Positions 63,701 to 64,000 of a stretch of DNA of 64,000 nt are shown here, piece after piece (positions within the stretch are counted from its first letter, which is position 1; each line of letters opens with the position of its first letter). Origin of the DNA: Paragordius varius (taxonomy: Eukaryota > Animalia > Nematomorpha); the NCBI GenBank assembly GCA_964247055.1, contig OZ176059.1, positions 930,001 to 994,000 on the forward strand, read 5' to 3'. Under the pieces are notes generated by a model that was given only the letters and a program-made list of their open reading frames with translations, was not told where the DNA came from and ran no database searches. Both the position numbers and the translations under genes were made by a program.

Positions 63701-63732
63701 CATTTAATCTTGGATATGATAAAATAGTCTAA
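54757..63732 (+). CDS. TRIM-like RING/B-box2/coiled-coil protein with a long Asn/Ser-rich C-terminal region (~1070 aa; may continue beyond the window)
   Basis: Exons 54757-55194, 55378-55570, 56344-56472, 56902-57005, 58153-58252, 59129-59346, 59821-59948, 60653-60763, 61007-61713 (or 61722), 61953-62378, 62697-62818, 63199-63732, phase-consistent. C3HC4 RING CGIC...CLHTFCYAC...CLIC; B-box2 CPHH-x8-CNTC-x4-CTLC...HKDH; helical segment after it. Start and end are uncertain. Confidence 0.8.
57155..57720. mobile_element. Foldback MITE family B, copy 2 (TRIM intron)
   Basis: TATACCATTTGCAC...AGGTATA, with ~4 units in the left arm and ~6-7 in the right. Explains ORFs 57076-57282 and 57083-57319. 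Confidence 0.8.
59469..59715. mobile_element. hAT-Buster MITE, 247 bp
   Basis: CAGGAGTGCC...GGGCATCCCTG, with a perfect 8-bp TSD ATTTAAAC (NNNTANNN) at 59461-59468 and 59716-59723. Confidence 0.85.
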
Positions 63733-64000
63733 TTCATTTTAAAAAAATCAGAATGTATAAATAAAAAACATATATATATATATGTATTCACTAAATATTG
63801 CCAGTTAAATGTGCATCAATTGCTTACAGTCAATTTTTTTGCTTTTTCCACCTATTAGCCAATAATATTGCTTTTTTTATATATGTTACCTGCCAATATA
63901 TAATTAAATAAAAAATTAACAATTAAAGACGAGAAAAATTAGTAATTAAATGGTGTTTTTATTTTAAAGAAATAGGAGAGAGTGATAAAAATATAACACA

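Overview
Very AT-rich eukaryotic, most likely invertebrate animal, genomic DNA (roughly three quarters AT by eye) with spliced genes. I assembled five gene models by hand from GT-AG junctions with consistent phases. (1) An intronless EamA/SLC35G-type transporter (6683-8203, -). (2) A 13-exon WDR76/Cmr1 orthologue (14438-26353, +). (3) A small multi-exon gene largely missed by the ORF track, whose C-terminal 56 residues carry 14 tyrosines in (Glu-Tyr)n runs (about 29139-32071, +). (4) A 6-exon tyrosylprotein sulfotransferase (TPST; 36369-45064, -) with intact catalytic motifs but a ~225-aa insertion in the catalytic domain. (5) A RING/B-box/coiled-coil TRIM-like gene (54757 to at least 63732, +). 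A possible 3' gene end also lies at 510-751. Introns and intergenic DNA are packed with non-autonomous DNA transposons: two sister foldback MITE families whose inverted arms are built from a 21-bp tandem unit, hAT-Blackjack and hAT-Buster elements with exact 8-bp target-site duplications (TSDs), Tc1/mariner-type MITEs, a family with palindromic subterminal inverted repeats, a tRNA-derived SINE-like head, a diverged ~157/315-bp tandem array and many (TA)n tracts. Top hypothesis: the (EY)n gene, tail-to-tail and 4.3 kb from TPST, encodes a dense tyrosine-sulfation substrate, making an enzyme-substrate gene pair. This pairing is inference. All splice models are manual and need RNA-seq confirmation.
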